Origin: Acutalibacteraceae bacterium
GTDB lineage: Bacteria > Bacillota > Clostridia > Oscillospirales > Acutalibacteraceae
Length of the DNA stretch: 64,000 nt
Reading direction: 5' to 3'
Assembly (NCBI GenBank): GCA_045650565.1
Contig: JAZRRG010000042.1
Coordinates: forward strand, 19,546 to 83,545
This document shows, piece after piece, positions 36,864 through 44,752 of this stretch. The stretch's first letter is position 1; each line of letters starts with the position of its first letter. The translations under genes were made by a program, and so were the position numbers. Under the pieces are notes generated by a model that saw only the letters and a list, made by a program, of their open reading frames with translations, was not told the DNA's origin and made no database searches.

Positions 36864-38849
36864 ATGTCTGAATTATTACAATATATTATTGCAAAAAAAC
36901 ACCATCAATTCCGCAAAACAGTTGATTGGGATTTAGGGCGTGAGTATAGCGAAAAGGGTTTAACCCCCGTGGAGCGTATGACCGACCGTTTTGAGCGTAT
37001 GACAGCGGCTGAAACCCCTGTTATTTTGCCTGATGAAAAAATCTGTTTTATGCGCACTATTACAAATATTCCCGATTGCTTTACCGAGCAAGAGTGGAAG
37101 GAAATTAAATCCAAGCACTTTATTCACGAGCTTGGCTATATTTCCAACATGTGCCCTGATTACGGCATGGTAATCTCCCGTGGACTTTTAGAAATTCGTG
37201 AAACAGCCGATGAATATAGCAAGAGAAGTATTGATGCTATCATTCGCCTTGCTGATAGATATAAGGAAGAAGCGCTCCGCCAAGGAAGAAAGGATATCGC
37301 CGATACGCTAGAGCGGGTACCACGCTATTCGGCTACCAATCTTCGTGAAGCGCTGCAGTTTTTCCGTATTATCCACTATTCAATGTGGCTTGAGGGTAAC
37401 TATCACAATATAGTAGGTCGCTTTGATAAATATATGTATCCTTACTTTAAAAAGGATATGGATGCAGGTGTTTACACCTATGAAACAGCGCTTGAATTGA
37501 TAGAGGACTTTTTCCTGTCCTTTAATAAAGATAGCGATACCTATGTTGGCGTTCAACAGGGCGATAACGGTCAGGCGTTAGTTCTTGGCGGTGTAGATGA
37601 GAATGGAAACGAAATATTCAGTGAACTTTCCAAAATTTGCCTGGAGGCATCTCGCAATCTTAAGGTTATTGACCCCAAAATCAACCTTCGTGTTAATAAA
37701 AACACACCCATCGAAATTTATGAGCTTGGCACCGAGCTTACAAAGGCGGGTCTTGGCTTCCCGCAGTATAGCAACGATGATGTCGTAATTAAGGGACTTG
37801 TTAATTTCGGCTATGAAGAAAAGGATGCCAGAGATTATGCAGTCGCTGCTTGCTGGGAGTTCTTGATTCCCGGTGTTGGTGCAGATGTATGTAATATAGG
37901 CGCAATGTCCTATCCCGGAATTGTAGACCGTGCCTTCCATAAGGCATTACCGAACTGCAAGACATTCGATGAATTTATGGATGCTGTTAAATCTGAAATC
38001 AGAGCCGAGTGTGACCGCATTACCGATAACGTAAAGGATTTGTGGTTTGTTCCCGCACCCTTTATGAAGATTTTAACTCCTATGGAGGATATCATGGTTC
38101 GTGGTAAGTACAACAACTTTGGTATTCACGGTACAGGTATTGCAACTGCCGCCGACTCTATCGCAGCCGTTAAAAAGTATGTATTTGATGAAAAAAAATA
38201 CACAGCCGAAGAGTATATTAAGGCGGTTGATGAGGACTTTGCTAACGATAGCGATATGTTGGCAGTTCTTCGTTACGAAGCTCCTAAAATGGGACAAAAC
38301 GATGATTATGTTGACACTATCAGTGTAGAGATGCTCGAATATTGTGCCGATTATCTCGGAACAAAGACTAACTGCCGTGGCGGTAAATGGCGTGGCGGTA
38401 CAGGTTCGGCTATGTTCTATTTGTGGCATGCTGCTGAAATTGGCGCATCACCTGATGGTAGACGCAAGGGTGAGCCGTTCGGCACAAATTTCTCGGGTAG
38501 TATTTTTGCAAAAATGCCCGGACCTATCTCGGTAATTTCTTCGTTCAGCAAACAAAACTTCACAAAGACCATCAACGGCGGACCGTTGACACTCGAATTC
38601 CATGGCGGTATGTTCAATAACGCTGATAGCATTGGTAAGGTTGCCCGTCTTGTAAAATCATACTTTGATATGGGCGGACATCAGCTACAGCTTAATGCCG
38701 TAAATGCCGAAGCAATGAGAGATGCACAGCTGCATCCCGAAAACCACGGACAGCTGGTTGTTCGTATTTGGGGATGGAGTGCATATTTCGTTGAGCTTGA
38801 TAAGGAGTATCAGGACCACGTTCTTGCCCGTCAGGAATATACTATATGA
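36864..38849 (+). CDS. Glycyl-radical enzyme (PFL-like superfamily), unusually short (661 aa), substrate unknown
   Basis: C-terminal glycyl-radical motif VVRIWGWSAYF (Gly637, nt 38772-38774). Cys-loop candidate DYAVAACWEFLIPG (Cys330, nt 37851-37853). Immediately followed by an activase gene. Confidence 0.8.
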   Translation: MSELLQYIIAKKHHQFRKTVDWDLGREYSEKGLTPVERMTDRFERMTAAETPVILPDEKICFMRTITNIPDCFTEQEWKEIKSKHFIHELGYISNMCPDYGMVISRGLLEIRETADEYSKRSIDAIIRLADRYKEEALRQGRKDIADTLERVPRYSATNLREALQFFRIIHYSMWLEGNYHNIVGRFDKYMYPYFKKDMDAGVYTYETALELIEDFFLSFNKDSDTYVGVQQGDNGQALVLGGVDENGNEIFSELSKICLEASRNLKVIDPKINLRVNKNTPIEIYELGTELTKAGLGFPQYSNDDVVIKGLVNFGYEEKDARDYAVAACWEFLIPGVGADVCNIGAMSYPGIVDRAFHKALPNCKTFDEFMDAVKSEIRAECDRITDNVKDLWFVPAPFMKILTPMEDIMVRGKYNNFGIHGTGIATAADSIAAVKKYVFDEKKYTAEEYIKAVDEDFANDSDMLAVLRYEAPKMGQNDDYVDTISVEMLEYCADYLGTKTNCRGGKWRGGTGSAMFYLWHAAEIGASPDGRRKGEPFGTNFSGSIFAKMPGPISVISSFSKQNFTKTINGGPLTLEFHGGMFNNADSIGKVARLVKSYFDMGGHQLQLNAVNAEAMRDAQLHPENHGQLVVRIWGWSAYFVELDKEYQDHVLARQEYTI

Positions 38850-39658
38850 TAGGCACGGTTTTTGATATCAAAGAAATGACGGTACACGACGGCCCCGGCA
38901 GTCGTGTTACCGTGTTCTTAAAGGGTTGTCCTTTGCGCTGTCTTTGGTGCCATAACCCCGAGGGGTTGTCGGCAAAGCCGCAGCTAATGGTTAAGGAAAA
39001 CCTTTGTGTGCACTGTGGACTTTGCAAAAAAGGTTGCGCTCATACAGAGTGTCAACCTTTTGAGCGCTGTATACACGCATGTCCCAAGGGGCTTGTGTCG
39101 ATTAGCGGCACACAAATGACCAGTGAAGAGTTAGCCGAGAGGTTAAATTCTTATGCAACGTTTTTAAACCGTGTCGGCGGCGGAGTGACATTTTCGGGTG
39201 GCGAGCCGCTACTTCAAGCCGACTTTGTTGCCGAAACGGCAAAGATGCTGCCTAATATACATAAGGCGCTTCAAACCAGCGGCTATGCTGACAGTGAAAA
39301 GTTTAAAAAGGTTTTAGAAACGATGGACTATGTGCTTTTTGATTTAAAGCTGGCGGATGAAGCCGAGCACATAAAATATACAGGCGTTTCTAACAAGCAA
39401 ATAATAGAAAACTATAAAATTTTAGAGAAAAGCGGCAAGGAGTTTGTCACCCGTGTTCCGCTTATCCCGGGAATTACCGACACAAAGGATAATTTATCTC
39501 GTATCGCTGCTATTGCGGGGGAAAACAAAGTGGAGATTATGCGTTATAACACAATGGCGGGTGCGAAATATCGGTCGGTGGGATTAGAATTTTCCTTGCC
39601 CGACCTTAAATCCAACGAGGTGGATTTATCGGTCTTTAAAAACGCCGAAATGCTATAA
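38846..39658 (+). CDS. Glycyl-radical enzyme activating protein (radical SAM)
   Basis: 4-nt overlap with the enzyme gene. Radical SAM triad CPLRCLWCHNPE. Cys-rich ferredoxin-like insert CVHCGLCKKGCAHTECQPFERCIHACP. SAM-binding GGEPLLQ. Confidence 0.85.
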   Translation: MIGTVFDIKEMTVHDGPGSRVTVFLKGCPLRCLWCHNPEGLSAKPQLMVKENLCVHCGLCKKGCAHTECQPFERCIHACPKGLVSISGTQMTSEELAERLNSYATFLNRVGGGVTFSGGEPLLQADFVAETAKMLPNIHKALQTSGYADSEKFKKVLETMDYVLFDLKLADEAEHIKYTGVSNKQIIENYKILEKSGKEFVTRVPLIPGITDTKDNLSRIAAIAGENKVEIMRYNTMAGAKYRSVGLEFSLPDLKSNEVDLSVFKNAEML

Positions 39659-39716
39659 AAAATATTTTTTTATAAAAAAAACAATAATTTATAGCAATGT
39701 AAATAAAAAACGCTTT

Positions 39717-39755
39717 AAAACCGCAATATTACGATAATATTGCGGTTTTCTTTTT
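39717..39755 (+). terminator. Rho-independent terminator of the glycyl-radical enzyme operon
   Basis: ccgcaatatt-acgat-aatattgcgg followed by ttttctttttgg. Confidence 0.85.
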
Positions 39756-39763
39756 GGCAAAAA

Positions 39764-39811
39764 ACGGAATATATATTGTTTTAATTTAAAACAAACCACA
39801 ATATTTTGTGT
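39764..39811 (+). promoter_or_regulatory. Tandem NrdR boxes
   Basis: Box 2, ccacaatattttgtgt (39796-39811), matches the 16-bp consensus acaCwAtATaTwGtgt at 14 of 16 positions. Box 1, acggaatatatattgt (39764-39779), matches at 13 of 16. Centre-to-centre distance is 32 bp. Confidence 0.65.
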
Positions 39812-39819
39812 TTTGGGTG

Positions 39820-39848
39820 TTGACAAGCCGAATTTGTTGTGCTATACT
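39820..39848 (+). promoter_or_regulatory. SigA-type promoter (extended -10) for nrdG-nrdD
   Basis: TTGACA (39820-39825), 17-nt spacer ending in TGc, TATACT (39843-39848). Confidence 0.65.
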
Positions 39849-39885
39849 AATGGAGCACCGCAAAAAACGACAAAGAGAGAATTAA

Positions 39886-40572
39886 ATGAACATACAGGGT
39901 TTTCAAAAATTAACATTACTTGATTTTCCGGGCAAAACCGCCTGCACGGTGTTTACGGGTGGTTGTAACCTTCGGTGTCCGTTTTGTCATAACGGCTCCT
40001 TGGTGACAAACCCTACCGAGCAGGAAAGCACTGAAAATGAGTGTTTAGAGTATTTAAAGAAGCGTGTCGGTATTATTGACGGTGTGTGTATCACGGGCGG
40101 CGAGCCGCTGCTCCAACCCGATTTGTTAGCGTTTATTAAGAAATGCAAGGAAATCGGCGTAGATATAAAACTTGATACCAACGGTGCAATGCCCGAAAAA
40201 TTAGAAAAGGTAATAAAAAGCGGACTTGTTGATTATATAGCGATGGATATTAAAGCCGCACCTAACGGATATAAAAGGGCGGTAGGCGTTGATACCGATT
40301 TTGTTGAATTTTTAAAAAGTATGGAGATAATAAGAAATAGTGGAGTGCCCTATGAGTTTCGCACAACTGCGGTTAAGGGACTGCACAAACCCTCCGATTT
40401 CGAGGAAATCGCAAAGCTATTAAAAAAGGATGAAAAATATTTCATCCAAAAATTCACAGATTCGGGCAATCTATTAAAGCCCGAAGGACTCGGCAGTTTT
40501 TCGGATACCGAAACCCAGCAAATCGTTGAAAATGTAAAAAAATATATCCCCGGTGTTGCCACAAGGGGATAA
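39886..40572 (+). CDS. nrdG: Anaerobic ribonucleoside-triphosphate reductase activating protein
   Basis: SLLDFPGK-type N-terminus (LTLLDFPGKTACTVFTGGCNLRCPFCHN) and GGEPLLQ. Adjacent to nrdD. Confidence 0.85.
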   Translation: MNIQGFQKLTLLDFPGKTACTVFTGGCNLRCPFCHNGSLVTNPTEQESTENECLEYLKKRVGIIDGVCITGGEPLLQPDLLAFIKKCKEIGVDIKLDTNGAMPEKLEKVIKSGLVDYIAMDIKAAPNGYKRAVGVDTDFVEFLKSMEIIRNSGVPYEFRTTAVKGLHKPSDFEEIAKLLKKDEKYFIQKFTDSGNLLKPEGLGSFSDTETQQIVENVKKYIPGVATRG

Positions 40573-40591
40573 GATATAAGGGGTAAAAACT

Positions 40592-42964
40592 ATGTATAAG
40601 GTAATTAAGAGAGACGGCATACAGGTAGATTTTGAAATCTCCAAAATTTCCGATGCCATCAAAAAAGCTTTCGAAGCTTGCGAGCGCAACTACAACGATA
40701 ATATTATTGACTTTTTGGCGCTCAAAGTAACCTCCGATTTTGAGCCGAAGGTACAAAGCGGTCTCGTAGCGGTTGAGGATATTCAGGATAGCGTTGAAAC
40801 GGTGCTGGTACAAGCGGGCTATGCCGATGTTTCAAAGGCATACATCCTTTACCGTAGACAGCGTGAAAAATTGCGTAATATGAAGTCGACAATTCTCGAT
40901 TACAAAGAGATTGTTAATCAGTACGTTAAGAATCTTGACTGGCGTGTTAAGGAAAACTCTACCGTTACCTATTCGGTAGGCGGACTTATCTTAAATAACT
41001 CGGGTGCTATTACGGCTAACTATTGGCTTTCTGAAATTTATGATGATGAAATTGCAAAGGCACATAAAAATGCCGATATTCATATTCACGACCTTTCAAT
41101 GCTCACCGGTTACTGCGCCGGTTGGTCTTTAAAACAACTTATAGAGGAGGGTCTTGGCGGTGTTGGCGGTAAGATTACATCAGCCCCCGCTAAGCACTTG
41201 GCAACCCTTTGTAACCAAATGGTTAACTTCTTAGGTATTATGCAAAACGAGTGGGCAGGCGCTCAGGCGTTCTCATCCTTTGATACCTATTTAGCCCCCT
41301 TCGTTAAGGCAGACAACCTAAGCTATGATGCAGTTAAGAAGTGCATTGAGTCCTTTATCTACGGTGTAAACACACCTTCTCGTTGGGGTACTCAGGCACC
41401 CTTTACAAACATAACTCTTGACTGGACAGTTCCGCACGACCTAGAGGATGAGTATGCTATCGTTGGCGGTAAGCGTATGGACTTTAAATACGGCGACTGT
41501 AAGAAGGAAATGGATATGGTTAACCGTGCCTTTATCGAGATTATGATAGAGGGCGACGCTAACGGTCGTGGTTTCCAGTATCCGATTCCGACCTATTCCA
41601 TCACCAGGGACTTTGACTGGTCTGAGACCGAGAACAACAAGCTTCTCTTCGAGATGACCTCAAAATACGGAACGCCCTACTTCTCAAACTATGTAAACTC
41701 TGATATGGAGCCGAGCGATGTACGTTCAATGTGCTGTCGCCTGCGTCTTGACCTTCGTGAGCTTCGCAAAAAGTCGGGCGGCTTCTTTGGTAGCGGCGAG
41801 AGCACCGGTTCAGTAGGTGTTGTTACCATAAATATGCCGAGAATCGCTTACTTGGCTGAGGATAAGGCAGACTTCTTCCGTCGCCTTGACCATATGCTTG
41901 ATATTTCGGCTCGCTCACTTAAAATCAAGCGTACCATTATTACAAAGCTGCTTGATGAGGGACTTTATCCCTACACCAAGCGTTATCTTGGAACCTTTAA
42001 CAACCACTTCTCAACCATCGGTCTTGTTGGTATGAACGAAGCGGGTCTTAACGCTAAGTGGCTGCGCAGCGATATGACAACCAAGCAAACTCAGGAATTC
42101 ACCAAGGAAGTACTCAACCATATGAGAGAGCGACTTTCCGATTATCAGGAAATGTATGGCGACCTTTACAATTTGGAAGCCACTCCTGCTGAGTCTACAT
42201 CCTTCCGTCTTGCTAAGCACGACCGCAAGCACTATCCCGATATCATTTGTGCATCTGATGCAGATACACCCTACTATACCAACTCTTCACATCTACCCGT
42301 TGGTTATACCGATGATATCTTTACAGCACTTGATGTTCAGGATGAGCTGCAAACACTTTACACCTCGGGTACAGTATTCCACGCATTTATCGGTGAGAAA
42401 TTGCCCGACTGGAAGGCAGCCGCTTCGATTATCCGCAAGATAGCTGAAAACTATCGCTTACCTTACTATACATTGTCTCCCACATACGCAGTATGTAAAG
42501 AGCATGGATATATTCCGGGTGAAACATACACTTGTCCTAAGTGCGGCAAGGAAACCGAGGTTTATAGCCGTATTACAGGTTACTACCGTCCTGTTAAGAA
42601 CTGGAACGACGGTAAAGCTCAGGAGTACCGTGAGCGCAAGACCTACGATATAGCAAATTCAGTACTCACACACGAGGGACCCAAAGATGACGGCTGTGAG
42701 TGTGAGGCAAAGCCGGCCGAGAACACCTTGGCTGACGGCATATATCTTTTTAAAACGGCAACCTGTCCCAACTGCAAGATAGCCGAAGCTTTGCTTGATA
42801 AGGCAGGTATTACCTACAATAAGGTATTGGCGGAGCAAAATGTGGCGCTTACCGAGTCGCTCGGCATCAAACAGGCGCCCACATTGGTTAGAGTAGAAAA
42901 CTCAAATGCCGAAAAATTCGCAACGGTGCCGAACATAAAGAAATTTATCAGCTCGGTTCAGTAA
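40592..42964 (+). CDS. nrdD: Class III (anaerobic) ribonucleotide reductase NrdD with an N-terminal ATP-cone and a C-terminal fused thioredoxin-fold (CPNC) domain
   Basis: ATP-cone VIKRDGIQVDFEISKISDAI. Cys-Cys at residues 381-382 (SMCCRLRLD). Zn-ribbon CKEHG...CPKCG. Glycyl-radical motif SRITGYYRPV (Gly663). Then roughly 85 extra residues carrying CPNC (nt 42764-42775). Confidence 0.95.
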   Translation: MYKVIKRDGIQVDFEISKISDAIKKAFEACERNYNDNIIDFLALKVTSDFEPKVQSGLVAVEDIQDSVETVLVQAGYADVSKAYILYRRQREKLRNMKSTILDYKEIVNQYVKNLDWRVKENSTVTYSVGGLILNNSGAITANYWLSEIYDDEIAKAHKNADIHIHDLSMLTGYCAGWSLKQLIEEGLGGVGGKITSAPAKHLATLCNQMVNFLGIMQNEWAGAQAFSSFDTYLAPFVKADNLSYDAVKKCIESFIYGVNTPSRWGTQAPFTNITLDWTVPHDLEDEYAIVGGKRMDFKYGDCKKEMDMVNRAFIEIMIEGDANGRGFQYPIPTYSITRDFDWSETENNKLLFEMTSKYGTPYFSNYVNSDMEPSDVRSMCCRLRLDLRELRKKSGGFFGSGESTGSVGVVTINMPRIAYLAEDKADFFRRLDHMLDISARSLKIKRTIITKLLDEGLYPYTKRYLGTFNNHFSTIGLVGMNEAGLNAKWLRSDMTTKQTQEFTKEVLNHMRERLSDYQEMYGDLYNLEATPAESTSFRLAKHDRKHYPDIICASDADTPYYTNSSHLPVGYTDDIFTALDVQDELQTLYTSGTVFHAFIGEKLPDWKAAASIIRKIAENYRLPYYTLSPTYAVCKEHGYIPGETYTCPKCGKETEVYSRITGYYRPVKNWNDGKAQEYRERKTYDIANSVLTHEGPKDDGCECEAKPAENTLADGIYLFKTATCPNCKIAEALLDKAGITYNKVLAEQNVALTESLGIKQAPTLVRVENSNAEKFATVPNIKKFISSVQ

Positions 42965-42972
42965 ATGCATAA

Positions 42973-43004
42973 ATACGGGGCGGCAAAACCGCCCCGTATC
43001 TTTT
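42973..43004 (+). terminator. GC-rich hairpin with a short U-tract between nrdD and the trxB-like gene (partial terminator or processing site)
   Basis: atacggggcgg-caaaa-ccgccccgtat followed by cttttg. The GAGGTG RBS of the next gene follows directly. Confidence 0.5.
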
Positions 43005-43016
43005 GAGGTGAAAACA

Positions 43017-43928
43017 ATGTATGATATTATTGTAATAGGCGCAGGTCCTGCGGGACTTACCGCCGCCATTTATGCCAAAAGAGCCAACAAGAATGTGCTC
43101 ATTCTTGAAAAGAACGGCTTTGGCGGACAAATAACATCCTCACCAAAGGTTGAAAATTATCCCGGCTTTGAGAGTGTCAGTGGCAGTGAGCTGGCCGACA
43201 GTATTGTGTCACAGGTATTAGCACAGGGTGCCGATGTCGAAATAGAAAAGGTAATAGAAATAAAGGATAACAGCAAAACAAAAACCGTTGTAACCGAGGA
43301 GGGTAACGAGTATGAGTGCCTGTCGGTTATAATTGCGGGTGGAGCGAAACACCGCCATTTAGGACTGCCGAATGAAGAAAAGTTCATAGGTGAGGGCATA
43401 TCCTTTTGTGCGGTTTGTGACGGTGCTTTTTATGATAATAAAACGGTAGCGCTGATAGGCGGAGGAAACTCGGCACTGCAGGAGGCAATACTGTTGTGTG
43501 AGACCTGCAAAAAGGTTTATGTTGTTCAAAATCTTGATTACCTAACAGGAGAAGAACGCCTACAGGAAATTTTGCGTAGTAGAGGAAATGCCGAAATTAT
43601 AACGGGAGCCGTAGTATGTAGCTTATCAGACGGAGAGAAGCTATCCCACATTATAATCAAGAAAACCGAGACGGGCGAGGAAATAAAGCTTGAAATTGAC
43701 GGTATGTTTGTAGCAATCGGTCTTGAGCCCGAGAACGATAACTTTAAAAATGTAGCCGACCTTGATAAATTTGGTTATATTGATACAGATGAAACCTGTG
43801 CTACCAGAACACCCGGCGTGTTCGTAGCGGGTGACTGCCGTAAAAAAGCGGTTCGCCAGGTAGCAACCGCCGTAGCCGACGGTGCCGTAGCCGCAATATC
43901 GGCATGTAGATATATTGATGCATTATAA
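43017..43928 (+). CDS. Thioredoxin-reductase-family flavoprotein (low-Mr TrxR-like; pyridine-nucleotide specificity uncertain)
   Basis: FAD site IIVIGAGPAG, redox-active CAVCDG, second dinucleotide site IGGGNSALQEA, GVFVAGDC. ATG 43017 follows GAGGTG (the ORF track starts at GTG 43008). Confidence 0.85.
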   Translation: MYDIIVIGAGPAGLTAAIYAKRANKNVLILEKNGFGGQITSSPKVENYPGFESVSGSELADSIVSQVLAQGADVEIEKVIEIKDNSKTKTVVTEEGNEYECLSVIIAGGAKHRHLGLPNEEKFIGEGISFCAVCDGAFYDNKTVALIGGGNSALQEAILLCETCKKVYVVQNLDYLTGEERLQEILRSRGNAEIITGAVVCSLSDGEKLSHIIIKKTETGEEIKLEIDGMFVAIGLEPENDNFKNVADLDKFGYIDTDETCATRTPGVFVAGDCRKKAVRQVATAVADGAVAAISACRYIDAL

Positions 43929-43935
43929 AACATAA

Positions 43936-43970
43936 AAAACAACCTACCAAATTTGGTGGGTTGTTCTCTT
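43936..43970 (+). terminator. Rho-independent terminator after the trxB-like gene
   Basis: caacctacca-(aatt)-tggtgggttg followed by ttctctt. Confidence 0.7.
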
Positions 43971-44023
43971 ATCTATATATAGAGTATAATGTAGTGAGTA
44001 TCCTCGTTTGTAGTGACACTTAA

Positions 44024-44066
44024 TATAAAGAACACCGCAGAAAAAATTCTGCGGTGTTCTTTATAT
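44024..44066 (-). terminator. Terminator of the minus-strand murD-led operon
   Basis: aaagaacaccgcag-aaaaaatt-ctgcggtgttcttt, a perfect 14-bp stem with flanking A/T runs. Confidence 0.8.
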
Positions 44067-44076
44067 TGTAATATTT

Positions 44077-44751
44077 TTAATCCAATAGATAAATTCCCGT
44101 ATCAAGTACGGCGAATTCGTAGCCGTCGTTTTTAATAAAGCGGTAAACGGGGGAATCAAATTGGCGGTAAATTTCCGCCGCATAGGTATTAAGACTAACC
44201 TTTACAATGGTGTTGCTACCGCTGTTACAAACGTAAATATCATGGTCATCGACAAATAAATCAACCGGCTTATCAAAGGGGGAAGCAGCGCCTCCGCCAA
44301 TGCGTAGCTCCTCTTTCATAGTCATCAAGTTCATACGGGTCAGCACCGATGCCTCCTTAAAGCAGGTCCAAAGTGAGCGATTGCTCACAGCGATTCCGCT
44401 TGGTGGGTTACCACGGTAGGCAAGAGTACCACACCATACACATTCCCCGTCAACATCCATAAGCTTACCCTCGCCATCTCGCTCCAATATAAAGTGTTTG
44501 CCCGAGGATAGCGCCAAGGAGCGACTCGTAACGTGGTTTTTTATGTGGCGTAAAAAAGTTTTATCATTACTTCCAAATTTAGAAAGGGTATAAAGACTGC
44601 GCAAGGCAAGTGTCACCTTACCATCAGCAAAGGTAACCATTTTGTAGGTTATATCAACAGTGGCAGAATCTTTCCCACTGATGTAGGCAAAAATCAGTCC
44701 GTTTTCAACCGGTACAACATCTACAACCGTTCCCGAAAACAAGGTTTTCAT
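44077..44751 (-). CDS. Hypothetical protein (224 aa), last gene of the murD-led operon
   Basis: Clean ORF starting 1 nt after the upstream stop. No motif recognised. Confidence 0.5.
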   Translation of the reverse strand: MKTLFSGTVVDVVPVENGLIFAYISGKDSATVDITYKMVTFADGKVTLALRSLYTLSKFGSNDKTFLRHIKNHVTSRSLALSSGKHFILERDGEGKLMDVDGECVWCGTLAYRGNPPSGIAVSNRSLWTCFKEASVLTRMNLMTMKEELRIGGGAASPFDKPVDLFVDDHDIYVCNSGSNTIVKVSLNTYAAEIYRQFDSPVYRFIKNDGYEFAVLDTGIYLLD

Positions 44752-44752
44752 A

